Assembly: GCA_037447605.1 (NCBI GenBank)
Contig: CM074809.1
Span: forward strand, 1,788,689 to 1,852,688
DNA length: 64,000 nt
Source: Zygnema circumcarinatum SAG 698-1b
Lineage: Eukaryota > Plantae > Zygnematophyceae
Direction of reading: 5' to 3'
Shown: one piece after another, positions 1 through 12,173 of the stretch
How positions within the stretch are numbered: position 1 is the stretch's first letter
Layout: every line of letters starts with the position of its first letter
Notes under the pieces: generated by a model
What the model saw: the letters and a program-made list of their open reading frames with translations, nothing else
Databases searched by the model: none
What the model was told of the DNA's origin: nothing
Program-made: the position numbers and the translations under genes

Positions 1-616
1 AGGACTGCTCCGCTGCTGAGTGTGGGAATGCAAGCAGTTCGTCCCACTGGACTTGGTTCGGTAGACATGCAAAACTTGGCTGAGTTTGACTATCTGCACG
101 TCCATGCGACGAATTTATATGGCATTACACTGTATTTGAGGTGATGTAGTGAATATGCACTTTTTTAGGTACTGTCCTTGTATACGAGAGCCAAAACTCT
201 GGACACGGAATTGCTTGCATCAACCGCATCCTACAAGCGGAGTAAAGATCTTGGCGATATGTATCTTTCGTGTGTAGTTTGATGCATGATTAGGGTTTTT
301 AAAGACGAAATTTATGATAGTCTACTATTCCGTGAAGCTCAGGCTTATGAAATCAAGAAACCAGAATGAAAATAAGTTGTCTGAATCTTGCACTTCCAGA
401 AATCTTCTATAACAACAGTTACCCAGCTTTAAAAAATCTAATGGTTTCATGCTTCATTATTCTTACAGATAGGTAAATCTAGAGTGTATAGTTATATGGG
501 TGCTTAGCCAGATTAGATTCCTAGATTTCTAAGGTAATTCAAACGATTTTTGAAACCTGTGGTTGCACCGCTGGAATGCTAGATTCTGAGGGATGTTTAC
601 AATTATCCATCTGCAG

Positions 617-3600
617 TACTGCAGAGGATGAAGTGGTATTTCCAGCTCTCAAAAGGAAAGTCGAGCATCCGTGGTCATACTTGAAGGAGCATGCAGAGGA
701 GGGGCAACAGTTTTTGGATGTGGGCCGCTTATTAGAGGGAGCGCAATTAAGCGCAGGCAATGGGAGTAATATATCACTTCAACTTTTCAGAGAATTATGT
801 TCAAGTGCGGAAGCAATAGTACACAATGTACAAAGACATCTACTGGATGAGGAGTTGAAGGTATGTGTATATTCTCATTGGTCGGTCCAGAGTTTTTTTA
901 TGTCAAGTTGGCCTCGTTTCTCGGCACTGGGACTCTTTCTTATGTAACAAGATGAACCCAGAAGCTCTTCAGTCGTTCCGCATGGCCGGATGCATTGTGC
1001 TTGGCAGGGCAGTGCTAATTCTGCTCGAAACTTAGGCTCAAAATATTGCTAAGGGGCATGGGGAGTAGGGAGGCAGGAGATAAGGATTGTGATCATTTGT
1101 TGTATTGGAAGGAAATTGAGGCTCTTGTTACCAAGAGTTAATAAAGGCTATATGCTGCTCGCAATGTGTTGTGGATGGCCTCTTTGTTCAGCAAATCAAG
1201 GCCCATTGTCCACTTCATTCTATGCAGCTTGCTTTTTTTTTTCTACTGAAGTATTACATAAACAGGTTCTTTTCATTTTCAGTTTATGCTTCTGTGGGGT
1301 CTCCATTGGAGGTCTTTCCCAGGTCCTTTTGTTTGTGCTGTTCTGTACCTGTCGCTGCACATAAGTGTTCATTTTAGCATACTCCCACAGGACTAAGGTT
1401 GCTATCTGAGCATTTTAGTTAGGGGCGGTTAGCGTTTTGTCGTGTACAGTTACGCAAGAAACGATTTGCCTAATCTGGGAACTTTGTAATAATCATACTT
1501 TTGCTGATGGATACGCTTCATGTACATGATTATCCTGATCTTAGCTGGAAAGCTCATTGCTCAGAAGTTTAGCCTGTGGTGAGTTTGTCCGTTACTAATT
1601 ATGTGCTTGCTGCTTTAGTAAAGGAGATTGATGGCACTCGAACGGAATTGCTGATATCTCTGTTGCTTGCAGGTGTTACCCTTGGTTCGGGAGCATTGCA
1701 GTGTGGAAGAACAACGAGTTTTGGTGTACCAAAGCCTGAGAGAGATGCCATTACGATTGATTGAGCGAGTTTTGCCTTGGGTGGTGAGATGCATCAGTGA
1801 CGATGATGCTGCTGACATGATTCGCAATATGCACCTTGCAGGTAAGGATTTTTTTCATTCATGGAATCACCAGGGCATTTACCAAACGTAATGTTTTCGT
1901 AGTTGTATGCTTTTGGGCGGAGGGCAGAGCCTGCATCGTCCTTAGATAGTACTCGAAATCTCTTACAACCTATCTTGCTCCCCTCTTTCTTTCTCAGTTT
2001 GACTGTGGTAATGCTCAACTTATAGTTGGCTTAGTTTTTTTGTTGCGTCTTGATAGTCATCTCGCATGTTTTCTAATTATTTTGGGAAAGGAAATGTTGA
2101 CTGGTTTGCTTTTGCGATTTTGCAGCACCGGAAGTCGATTCTCCTCTCGTAGCTTTGTTCTCAGACTGGGCCCAGAAGAACCCCAGTCAAAAGCTGGCCG
2201 TTTTTGAACAAGGGAGACCATGGATGGCAAATATGCCGAAGGAAGTAAGCAAAGGGAGCCATGAAAATCATATAAAAACCGGTGATATCAGCATTTACAC
2301 GGCTGCATTTGTAGATTCGGAGACTGATACGCGGATCGGGCGTTCACCTGACACGCAGAGAAATGAGATCCAGGAAGACTTTTCTAGCAGGCCTGCAAAG
2401 CGATTGAAGGAGAGCTTGTTCCTTAATACAAACGTGGGCAGGATCTCTCCTCCCCGTATTAAGGACGTAGCTGTTAGTACCAAACAAGCAGAAACCAGCA
2501 TTCAGTTAATGGACAGAGTGAAGGCGACATTTTCTGGGCATCAAGCAAAATTTACTGACATGCTTAAGACTAGAGGCCTTGCCGGTGGGACTCAAGGAAG
2601 AGGAGCTGTTCATGGCAAGCCCATTGACACAATCTTTCAGTTCCACCATGCTTTAAGGGCTGATTTGCAGTTTCTGGATGTTGAATCGGCCAAGCTTGCA
2701 GATGCAAGTGACGATGCTGTGGACCAATTCAGCGGTCGTTTTCAGTTTCTATGGGGTCTATATCGTGCACATAGCAATGCAGAGGATGAAATAGTATTCC
2801 CTGCACTCGAGTCAAAGGAGGCACTTCATAATGTCAGCCACTCTTACACCATTGATCATAAACAGGAAGAACAATTTTTCGAAGAGATTGCTGTAGTTTT
2901 GTCTGAGCTGCGGAAAACAACACGATGTTGCTCGAAGGGAGCACCATCTGAAAGCAGAGATGGTGAAATATGTGACGAGCCTCATGACATAGGCTGCTCA
3001 GGGGAAAAGACAGCTGAGCGAAGGAAAGAACTAGCACAACGACTTCATCGTATGTGTTCGTCTGTCCGTGTCAGTTTGGACCAGCATGTGTCCCGGGAGG
3101 AGGTGGAGCTCTGGCCACTTTTTGAGCTTCACTTCACGGTGGAAGAGCAAGACAAGATTGTTGGTCGCATCATTGGAAGCACAGGAGCTGAAGTCCTCCA
3201 GGTGAGCACTCAATGGTTAGTGCATGAGTTATATATCCGTATGTTTTTTCTCGCCTGACATGGAAGGGACTGAGATGTATATTACTCCACATTTGCACTG
3301 AAGATATGTAAACGATTGATCGCCGGCGACGAGTTTAATGGCGTTCATATTTTCCCTGAGAGAAATGTAGCCATTGCGTTACAAAATAAGTTAATCAAGT
3401 TACGAACATTAGTGACATCTTATCGAGGAGGGTTCCTTGAAATACCAATGGAGTCCCTGCATTCTTATTTGCTCTCTACTTGAAGAGACTGCTCTAGTCT
3501 GTTGGAACTCCGATTGCTTGCCCGATATTAAAAGGCTACCCAGTCAATTCATTAGTAGTAGATTGACTCAATAGTTTCTCGGTAATGCAGTCCTCCCTAA

Positions 3601-6600
3601 ATAATACTTTATTCTTTGAGAAATGTAGCCTGTTATGTATTCATAAGCCAAGCAGTAAGTAAAAGTCTTACCACCGTTTTAAAAAAAAGAGCTGTATCTG
3701 AAACAATGTCTTTGTGCAACTTCTCAGCCGTGAGGATGTTTCAGACTTTTGATTTTCAAACAGTACTTTTGTGCATCAGAACAATGCTATACACTCCTGA
3801 ACCGCAATATCTCTTAAACGGGGACGTCGTGTATTTTTGAGCCAAATGTTCATGATTTTCTGACATCGAGCCTTTGCAAATATCTCCAGGCAATGCTGCT
3901 ATGGATCACAAGGGCTTTGACAGAGGACGAACAGACGCGGATGATGGACACTTGGAGGCAGGCAACAAAAAACACCATGTTTGATCAGTGGTTGAGTGCA
4001 TGGTGGACAGACTCCGATGTGTTCTCAGCATCAACGGATTTTAGGAAAGAAGCTGCTACTGCACTATACGCTGATCCAGATCCACAAGAATCTCTTAAAA
4101 TGGTTGTGGACTACTTTCAAACAGAAGGATATGTCGGAAGTGAAGTTACAGGTCAAACGACATCTGCAGATGCTGCAGATAGGCATCATGCAGGAATAGA
4201 TTCTCTTCTTTCCAGGTCATTTGTGGGGATGGATTTGGGATCTCAACCTTGTACAGATATTGGTGATAAAGCGTCTGACGCTCATGCTAGAGAAGACACA
4301 AAACCCAGTTGTGGAAAAGTTGAAAAGTTAAGCGACAGGTCCAGTGAGGCTGGAGAGGGCGGGCTTGCAGAAGGTAGCTGCAGTATGGACGAGCCTGGTG
4401 AAAGAGGAGATGACACCGCAGCAGACCGCAGACCGCAGCTTGGCCTGAGGGATGACCTAGTGGTTAACAAAACGGAGCAGAATTTCAAGCCTGGCTGGCC
4501 GGATATTTTCAGAATGAACCAACAGGAGCTAGAGAAAGCAATTCGAAAAGTTTCAAGCGACAGCAAACTGGACCCTAGGCGGAAAGCGTACTTGATTCAA
4601 AACTTGATGACCAGGTATGGGGTGTATCAATGGGAGATTTTTTAACTTTACAGGTGCATCTAAATGTATAGCAGCTCGGAGGTTGGTGGTGCTCTTGTTC
4701 ATGCATCTCATCATATCTCATTCTATTTTTGATATTGAATCTTTCTGTATGTTATCGTCGGTGCTTTGTTATCAGCCGTTGGATAGTGGCGCAGCAGAAG
4801 CAGCCTGCAGAAGCAGACGAGGGCGAGAGGAGCGAGGAACGCTGTCCTTCGTATCAGGATGAAGAGAAGGGGATTTTCGGTTGTGAACATTACAAGCGCA
4901 ACTGCAAGCTGAAAGCAGATTGCTGTGGTCAGCTTGTCACATGCCGCTTCTGCCACGACAAAGTCAGCGACCACTCCATGAATAGGTGTGAAACAGGCCT
5001 CATTCACTTTGTTTGTCAGTTAATGTTCTACCGTGTAGGAACTGTCGGAGTGTCTGTGTGGAGGTTATGCATTGAATTATTGCATTATTGTGAATGCTTT
5101 CGATGTGTAACAGCCTGACACTCTAAAACAAGTGCATTCCCTTTTAGAGCTGGAACCCTAGAAAACCGGTCGACAACGAGAGCTCGTAGATATTGGCGAC
5201 ATGGCACTGATAATCTCCTCCCTTTCCCCCTCTCCCCCGCACCTGAACCGATGCCATCTGGGCTAATGCCAATTGAAGCGTTCTTTTTATGGCATGTATT
5301 GCAAGCTCAGATGGCAATGGGCATGTGTTGTCATGATTCCTATTCTAGAAAGCAAAGCCTACCAATCGCATCGTTCGACTGCATTTACTTTAGTTCAAAA
5401 AATCTTTTTGTGTCCGGATGTTTTCACTATATTTTTTCTGTCTAGTCTCATTAGGAGATGCGGGGCATCTTCACTTTACTGGATGATTTGGTGCAGGCAA
5501 GCGACCAAGGAGATGATGTGTATGCAGTGTCTGGAAGTGCAACCTGTCGCACAATCCTGTGCTTCTCCCTCTTGCCATGGTTTTTCAATGGCTCGCTACT
5601 ACTGTAATATCTGTAAATTGCTCGATAATGATGAAAGGTAAGAACAGTATAATCACCCGTCCCTATCGTAACTGATGCTTAAAGTTGAATTTATGTCTGC
5701 ATGTTCTAGCCGGTTTTTCAGTGAAAGGTTTAGGCTTTCTTTTTCGACGTCTGAGTTCATTTGCAGGCCACTGTGAATGATTCTTTTTTCCATTGGCAAA
5801 GTAATCAGTGAAAGGGCGTACTTTAGCTCCTCTGTTGGACAAGTTGTCAATTCTTGGGTCTGTGTTTCAACCAGCCGTTAGCGAGCGCTAGTACCTAAAG
5901 AAATGCTGGTTCACGTTTCTGGAGATTCTTGGATTTGGAGATGCAGCTTCGTTTATGTCAAGATTGTGACAGATATATGTTAGAAGAGAAGAAGTAAACG
6001 ATTTAGCGACGAGAAACTTTCACAGAAGAGAAGATCTGTATGTCTTTGATATCGTGACATGCTAAGATTGGTGCAGGTTGAATGTTGGAGGAAGTTCAAT
6101 GCCTAGCATGTGAAGCGTGGGTGTTATCCCTTGTGGATGTGTTGTTGCAGAGACATATACCATTGCCCTTTCTGCAATCTTTGTCGAGTGGGAAAGGGCC
6201 TTGGCATCGACTACTTCCATTGTATGACCTGCAATGCCTGCATGTCGATGACCATCTCATCTCACAAATGCCGTGAGAAGGGCTTGGAGTCCAACTGCCC
6301 GATATGCCATGATTTCCTGTTTACCTCCAACACTCCGGTGAAAGCGCTTCCTTGTGGCCATTTCATGCACTCGGCATGCTTTCAAGCGTACACGTGCAAC
6401 CACTACACATGCCCCATCTGCTGCAAATCGGTTGGAGACATGGCGGTAAGCCATATGCAATGAGTGTCCTCAACAGGCTGCTTGTTTCCTTTTCTACATT
6501 GGTTGCTTGATATAAGTGTGTTTCTTTCTGTATGCAAGGCAAGCACTACTTTCGTTTCCTCCGTAGTTAGGCCAAAATAATTTGCAATGGATGCTCTCTA

Positions 6601-7543
6601 TAAATTTTTGTGTCTGCCAGTTCCTACGAAAAAGCGAGTTCTTGCTCATCTCTGATGTCGGTCGAACACGCTTAAATCTTGAATTTTAGTAATGTAACAA
6701 AGGATCAATAATCGTTTGTAGTTCATTCTGTTTCCTCTGCTGCCAACGCAATGAGCTGACTGTGCAAATTGTTGCTGCTCGGTTGTTGCCGCTCCGAAAA
6801 GGGTCAGCCGTACAGGCTGTTATCTTGGTGTCATTTCTGCTGCCTGCCGGAATTGTTAATTCACTGGACGCTTAAAAATTGCTACAGTAGCTTTCCTGTC
6901 GTCTGTATCGTAGTGTTTTAGATATCAATCAAACGCAGGTGTCATGTGTACGCTTGTAAAAAAAGTGAAAAAAAATATACTGTGGTTTAGCTTCAACTGC
7001 TTATTTTTCGATGGATCATGCTGGAGCAGATGGTGTCATGTCAGAGGAGATGGTGACTTTCTCTGAGCCTGTGGGCTTGTTTTTTCAACTATGCAAATGC
7101 CTTTGTCACATCTATATTCCTCTACAGATTCGAATCCACAAACAGTCAACACAAGTTGATTCCTTAACTTCGATTGTCTGTGCAGGTCTATTTTGGAATG
7201 CTTGACGCCTTGCTGGCTTCTGAGCAGCTCCCGGACGAATACCGCGATCGTCAGCAGGTAGATGTTCTGAGTTCCAGAGTCCACCAATCCTTTGTCATCA
7301 TTGAGCTTGCTGTGATTCGAACTTCAAGCTGTAAAGCCGGTGGTCATCACACCGGTCTACACGAGTTGCTCGTTCTTTCAGCCAATCAGGAAACCGGGCT
7401 TTGACTTGTCGATCCTTCTATCCTTGGCTTCTGGAGTGCAGGATATACTATGTAATGACTGTGAAAAGAAGGGAACTGCACGTTTCCACTGGCTTTACCA
7501 CAAATGCCTGCACTGCGGCTCCTACAATACGAGAACGATTTAG
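617..7543 (+). CDS. BTS: BRUTUS/HRZ-type iron-binding hemerythrin + CHY/CTCHY zinc finger + RING + zinc-ribbon E3 ubiquitin ligase; the 5' part lies upstream of the window
   Basis: Exons joined in phase at GT-AG sites: ~617-860, 1673-1841, 2126-3201, 3890-4614, 4776-4985, 5497-5637, 6151-6445, 7186-7257, 7442-7543. Hemerythrin motifs ([38 protein letters not shown]), [22 protein letters not shown] finger ([16 protein letters not shown]), RING (CPICHDFLF...[10 protein letters not shown]...CPIC) and C-terminal CNDC...[12 protein letters not shown]. The start of the first listed exon is approximate; a possible further exon lies at 169-260. Confidence 0.96.
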
Positions 7544-8481
7544 AGGCTCACAGGGAATGTGATGATTCTGCTGCGGAGCATTTCCCTCATGGCTCGGTAG
7601 GGAGGAGTGCTTCTAGTGCTGTACAGAGAAAGGGGTATGGAATTGTGTTCATCTGTTCATTTTTTCTGATGTGCTCCGCTTCTTGTGACATCTTAGGCCA
7701 CCTAAGGTCTTTTAAGCACAGTGCCCTGTGCCGCGCAGCTTTTGGGTTCAGAGCACCTCGTCCAGAGGTTGACCCGCTTTTTACTCGCCTCCTATTGTTT
7801 GAGCTTTTCTTTTTAGTTTTTTGTCGATTTCAAGAAAAATAATGTAACGAGAACTAAGAAAGCTTTTTACTTTACGGCGATAAAAAGGAGGGCTATCCTC
7901 GCCCCGCAAAGAGCTTTTTTGGGTTGCTGGCCAGAAAAAAAAAAGGGTATTGGCATGCAGGGTTTTGCGGGGTCCATAGTGTTGTCACTGTTCATGGAAG
8001 GATGGCGAGTTAGAGTTTGGCTAAGTCTATCGTTGGCCGGTGTTTGCTTTACGCACTCATCCCATACACGTGAGGGATGCTAGGGTTTGTTCCACAGTTG
8101 CCGAAGTACTGGAGTATAATAAAGTGCGGTCCTTCTATGTGAGCGGTCCGCATTGGTGACCTTGTGGCTCATAGTGCCCTTTTCAAGCATTTGTGGTCTG
8201 GGGGAGGGCATGCAATCTGCGAGAGTTGCTGCCAACTCAAGTTGAGTTGAGTTGAGTTCTGTCTGCGTCACAGACTGGAGGGCTCTTGGCAGGGGGAACT
8301 TGCGGACTGCTCGGGGAAGTCTGCTGCTCTGGCCTACTCATGGCGAGCTCTGCCGGATAAAGCTTCACATGATCTGGATAAATCGCGACGTCGTCTCTGA
8401 CAGTTTTTAATTGTGCAAAAAAAGAAACAGAGAGAGGTGAGATAGTCTGCAAGAAAGTCTCAACTATTCATGTCCCATGCA

Positions 8482-8936
8482 ATTTCGCAAGGTCGGACCA
8501 TTAGGTCAATGGTTGACACAGCCAGCATTGGCAATGGTTGGGGACATTAGGTTCAAAATCAAAATTTCGATGGGTGCAACCGTTGGTTGCCAACCATAAC
8601 CAATGTTGGAGGCGTTGAAACTATTGCCAATGGTTGCACCATTCGTCTTAGGGTTTTTCACAGGCAACCACTGTCAGTGGTTGCAATTTGCAACCAGCTG
8701 GTGGTTCCCAGCCGTTGCGCAATTGCCAAGTGGTTCGAGCCAAAGCCGTTGCCAACGATTGCAACCATTGATTGCCAGCCATTGCCAATAGTTTGAACCA
8801 CAACCAGTGCCAATTCATGGTTGCGAACCATTGCCAATGGTTCGAGCCATTGGTTGGCGAAACTAGCCAACCGCCAATTGTTCGAAATCCACGTCTAAAC
8901 CAATTGTTGACGAGCCAATGGTTGGACCTGCGCAAT
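8482..8936. repeat. Degenerate palindromic array (CAACC/GGTTG, CCAAT/ATTGG units) bounded by an imperfect ~22-bp inverted repeat; possible foldback/MITE relic
   Basis: Dozens of short units such as AACCATTGCCAATGGTT. The left end ATTTCGCAAGGTCGGACCATTAG resembles the reverse complement of the right end (ATTGCGCAGGTCCAACCATTGG). The overlapping ORFs are low-complexity artefacts. Confidence 0.6.
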
Positions 8937-9095
8937 CTTGCCCGCGGCTTCCGGCCTTATTCTGTAAGCTAAATTGTTCCGGAAAATTAAAAAAACTCTT
9001 TCTTGGTCCCTCCTTCCTTTGGGGTGCTCCCTCCCTCCCGAGGAGAGACCTTCGCGCTCGCTGCTCTCAGCTCCGGTCTGCATCTGCGGCTCGCC

Positions 9096-12000
9096 ATGGC
9101 TCTTCGCGCGGCCACTCCTCTCTTCCGAAAGGTGCGTGTAGGGATGGAGGGAGGGGACAGGGGGGAAGGGAATGGGAGGAGAGGAGGAACATTGCTCTTC
9201 AGGCCTTGCTCTGCTGCCCTTCCCTTCGTTAAGGTGACAGGGGGTCGGGCGGTTGCGCTGTGACAGGCGCGCTCTCTGGCGGTTGTATTTCAACGAGCTT
9301 TGCCTGAATCGAGGAGCTACTCGGTAAAGGAAGCCGACGTCGAAGGTGAATGGAGGGCAGTCATTTTCTGTAGGGCTGCATTTTTCTGCTCTTTGTCAGT
9401 TCCGCTTGTCGTCTCTCTTCAGAGATTCTTGCTAGAGAGGCCATTATCGATATCCGGTTTTCTTAGCTTTGGAATCATTGGCTGTATAGGTACTCGTCAA
9501 TCCTCTATATACGTACTTCTTTGCCTCTCTTTCCCTTCATCATAGCGCTTAAGGGATGCGCTGACTTCAAGAGGCTGGCGCTTAATCTGTCACATTTCTT
9601 CCATCACAGATTGAACATGCTGAGCATAAGAAGAGCTTGGCACTTTTTTTTGCACTCAAATATGACTTTGCAACTACTTTTTGTCGCACCCAGTTTTTGC
9701 ATACTCACACCATACTTCGTTGCACAATCTTTTGTGCCCTAGTTATGAATGGACTTGGCGTTTCGTACAAGCTACCGCATTGCTTGTTAGCCAGTTCTCA
9801 GTCGCTCAGGCTTTTTGCTGCAGCGATGTTGGCATCGTGTCTGTCCTTTTCATTGTATGGTCTCGCTAGGGTATTCTGGGAAATTTCTCAGGATCCTTGA
9901 TAAGCATTTTTATATCTTGTAGAGATTCTTACCATGTTTACCTCCTAAATATAGGACCATTTTTTGTGCAAGAAGCCTCAATAATTGGCTAGGTTTCCCT
10001 CAGTGAATCTTTTACGGGTCAACTCGTGCACTTCTATTTTGATGAAAACATGGATACCAGGGGATTCAGGCAGTAAACAGCCTATCCGATTCCTTTGTTC
10101 CGCGATGAGGAACGGCTCGCCAAGATTAGGAAGTTGATGGTTCGTTTCTCACAAGATTTCAATGTTGTGCAGACGATATTGTGAAGCAGGCTTTCATTAA
10201 GCAGCAGACTCAACTTCGTGCGTATTTGCAAGAGCTGGAGAAAACGAAGATTCCTCTGGACCCGGAAGATTCTAAAGCGGTCAAAGAGTACGCTGAGTCG
10301 ATAAAGAAGATTCGGACCAAGTGAGTCATTTGGAACTCTTAAGGGCGCAGGAAATCCTGATTCTTGATCCTGCTCCTTGAGACGGGGCTGATCAGGTCAG
10401 CGAAATAGGCCATGTTTGCGATCAATGTTTAGAAGGAGGTTCATGCACTTGTCATTCTCTTGCTGGACTGCTTTCAAGGCATCTGTAGCTTCATCTCCTA
10501 CCTATTATTGCTATGTAGTCATCTAAATAACATGTTTAACTTGACATCTGATACATCAAACTGTCCACAAAATGTTTTATTTAGTCTCACACATGTGTTC
10601 ACATAATCAAAACTGTCTTTTTTGCAAACGTGAAAAGGTGTCAGGCTCACGCCTCTCCTCCGCTTGCCCTCAGTGCGAACGAGTCGATTGTTATGGTTGC
10701 CTTATGTCTCTCCATTTCTTGTGTAATTACAGTGGGGAGAATTTTGTGCCAGTTGGAACAGTGTATGAAATCTAAAGTGTTTATTCACAATGGTTTTTTT
10801 TTTTTTGGAGAACAGCAACTAGGTCACTGCATGCGAGGCCTGCTTGCCCTTTCCAGATTTAGCCTGGGTGGGTGTAGTCATTTGGCTATAAAGGTTGAAT
10901 TTTCCCATTTAAACCACTTAGTTCTCTCTCCGAGGGTGGAACCACTGCAGGCTTGGAGTACCATCAGTAACTGAGAAGCTAAACGACCTCCTAGAGGCAG
11001 CTGCAGAGGACTCTGAAACAGTGCGGTCATTTTTGGAGAAGTCAAGCAGTCTACGGCAAGAGTAAGTGGTGACACTTTGTTGGTGGTTCTCAAACCATCA
11101 TGTGCCAATTTCTGACGACGGCTTTGCCTTTCTAGGCGAATGTTTTCAGTGGGGATGGATGTGATGAAGGTCAGTTGGATTGCGGTGTACAAACTACAGA
11201 TCCGGATAACAGATGACGGATGTAACAGCAGCTCTCTCTCCCCCTCCCCTCCCCCTTCCGCGTTCTCCTGACACCTTGCGTAAGAGGTCATTTTTTATCT
11301 AACGAACTAATGAATTTTAGGATTTCCTTTCTGCAGGATGGGTATCGACGACGAGCTGGGAGCGGAGCCACTTATGTTTGATGCTCTTGCTGCTATCGAG
11401 AAGAAGTTAGGCAAACCTCTCGTAGTTGGGGATCCAAAGGGTGCTCAAGCTTGGCAGGAGGCTCTGGACGGCATCAATGCGAAGTAGGTGCTTGAACTTT
11501 TTCTTACAGTGGGATTTATCCATCGCAAGTCTATGGCCACCATGTTGGAGTCACATTGACTGCAACAAATTGACAGATGCATGGAACTTGTTCTTCCCAT
11601 AGGAAGTTCACAGAAGGGTTAGTTGTCAGTTTTTTGTCCTTCCAAGACAAGACGGCAACGATGGATGGCTGGATTTTGATGGATTTGTGCCAGCCTTATT
11701 GCCAAATACAAGTTCTTATTACCTGATTTTCCACATGTAGATTAGGTATGTCTTAGGTATGGTATACTTCTTATGTTCTGTGTCGTGTGAGGATACTCGT
11801 CATGTCTGAACGAGAGATCGTGCAGTGATGGTAATTTGCAAGTGCGTATGCAGGCTTGGACTGTCGGAGGCGGATCTTGAGAAGTTGGAGGGGGAGGTTG
11901 ATCTGGACATAGCGAAAGCCAATGTGGCTGAGATCAGGGCGGATGCAGAGGAGAAGATTAGCACGTATAAGCGAAGGTATGTTGTTCATCCGAAATGTTT

Positions 12001-12173
12001 ACCGATGTCTTGATAGGAGCAGCATACAAAGGCATTTTTTTGGTTGCATGTGCAACCTAGTTGACCGTGATGCCGCGTCTAGTAATCTTCGTTCTGTTTT
12101 TTGAATCTGCAGAGATGGACTTGATGGCATTAACGTCGACCCACAGGAGATTGACCCTCGAGCATACCTTTAA
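9096..12173 (+). CDS. Mitochondrial ATP synthase 24-kDa subunit (FAd, MGP1-like)
   Basis: Exons 9096-9131, 9267-9345, 10173-10320, 10951-11061, 11337-11483, 11854-11976 and 12113-12173 join in phase. Peptides include MALRAATPLFRK..., KIPLDPEDSKAVKEYA, MGIDDELGAEPLMFDAL, KLGLSEADL...DIAKANV and DPQEIDPRAYL*. They resemble the plant FAd family (ITLDPEDPAAVKQYA, GLTDELGAEAMMFEAL) as recalled. Confidence 0.9.

Noticed and set aside
3890-3910. BRUTUS MLLW in place of the usual MLPW as an RNA-editing site
   Set aside because: This is a nuclear gene, and the change would need U-to-C editing known only from organelles; it is treated as an ordinary substitution.
8482-8936. CRISPR array or tRNA (GGTTCGAG motifs)
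   Set aside because: There is no constant repeat with unique spacers and no cloverleaf; the context is eukaryotic.
11161-11273. Intronic C/D snoRNA (GTGATGA ... CTGA) in the FAd intron
   Set aside because: There is no convincing terminal stem or recognisable antisense guide; the boxes alone occur by chance.
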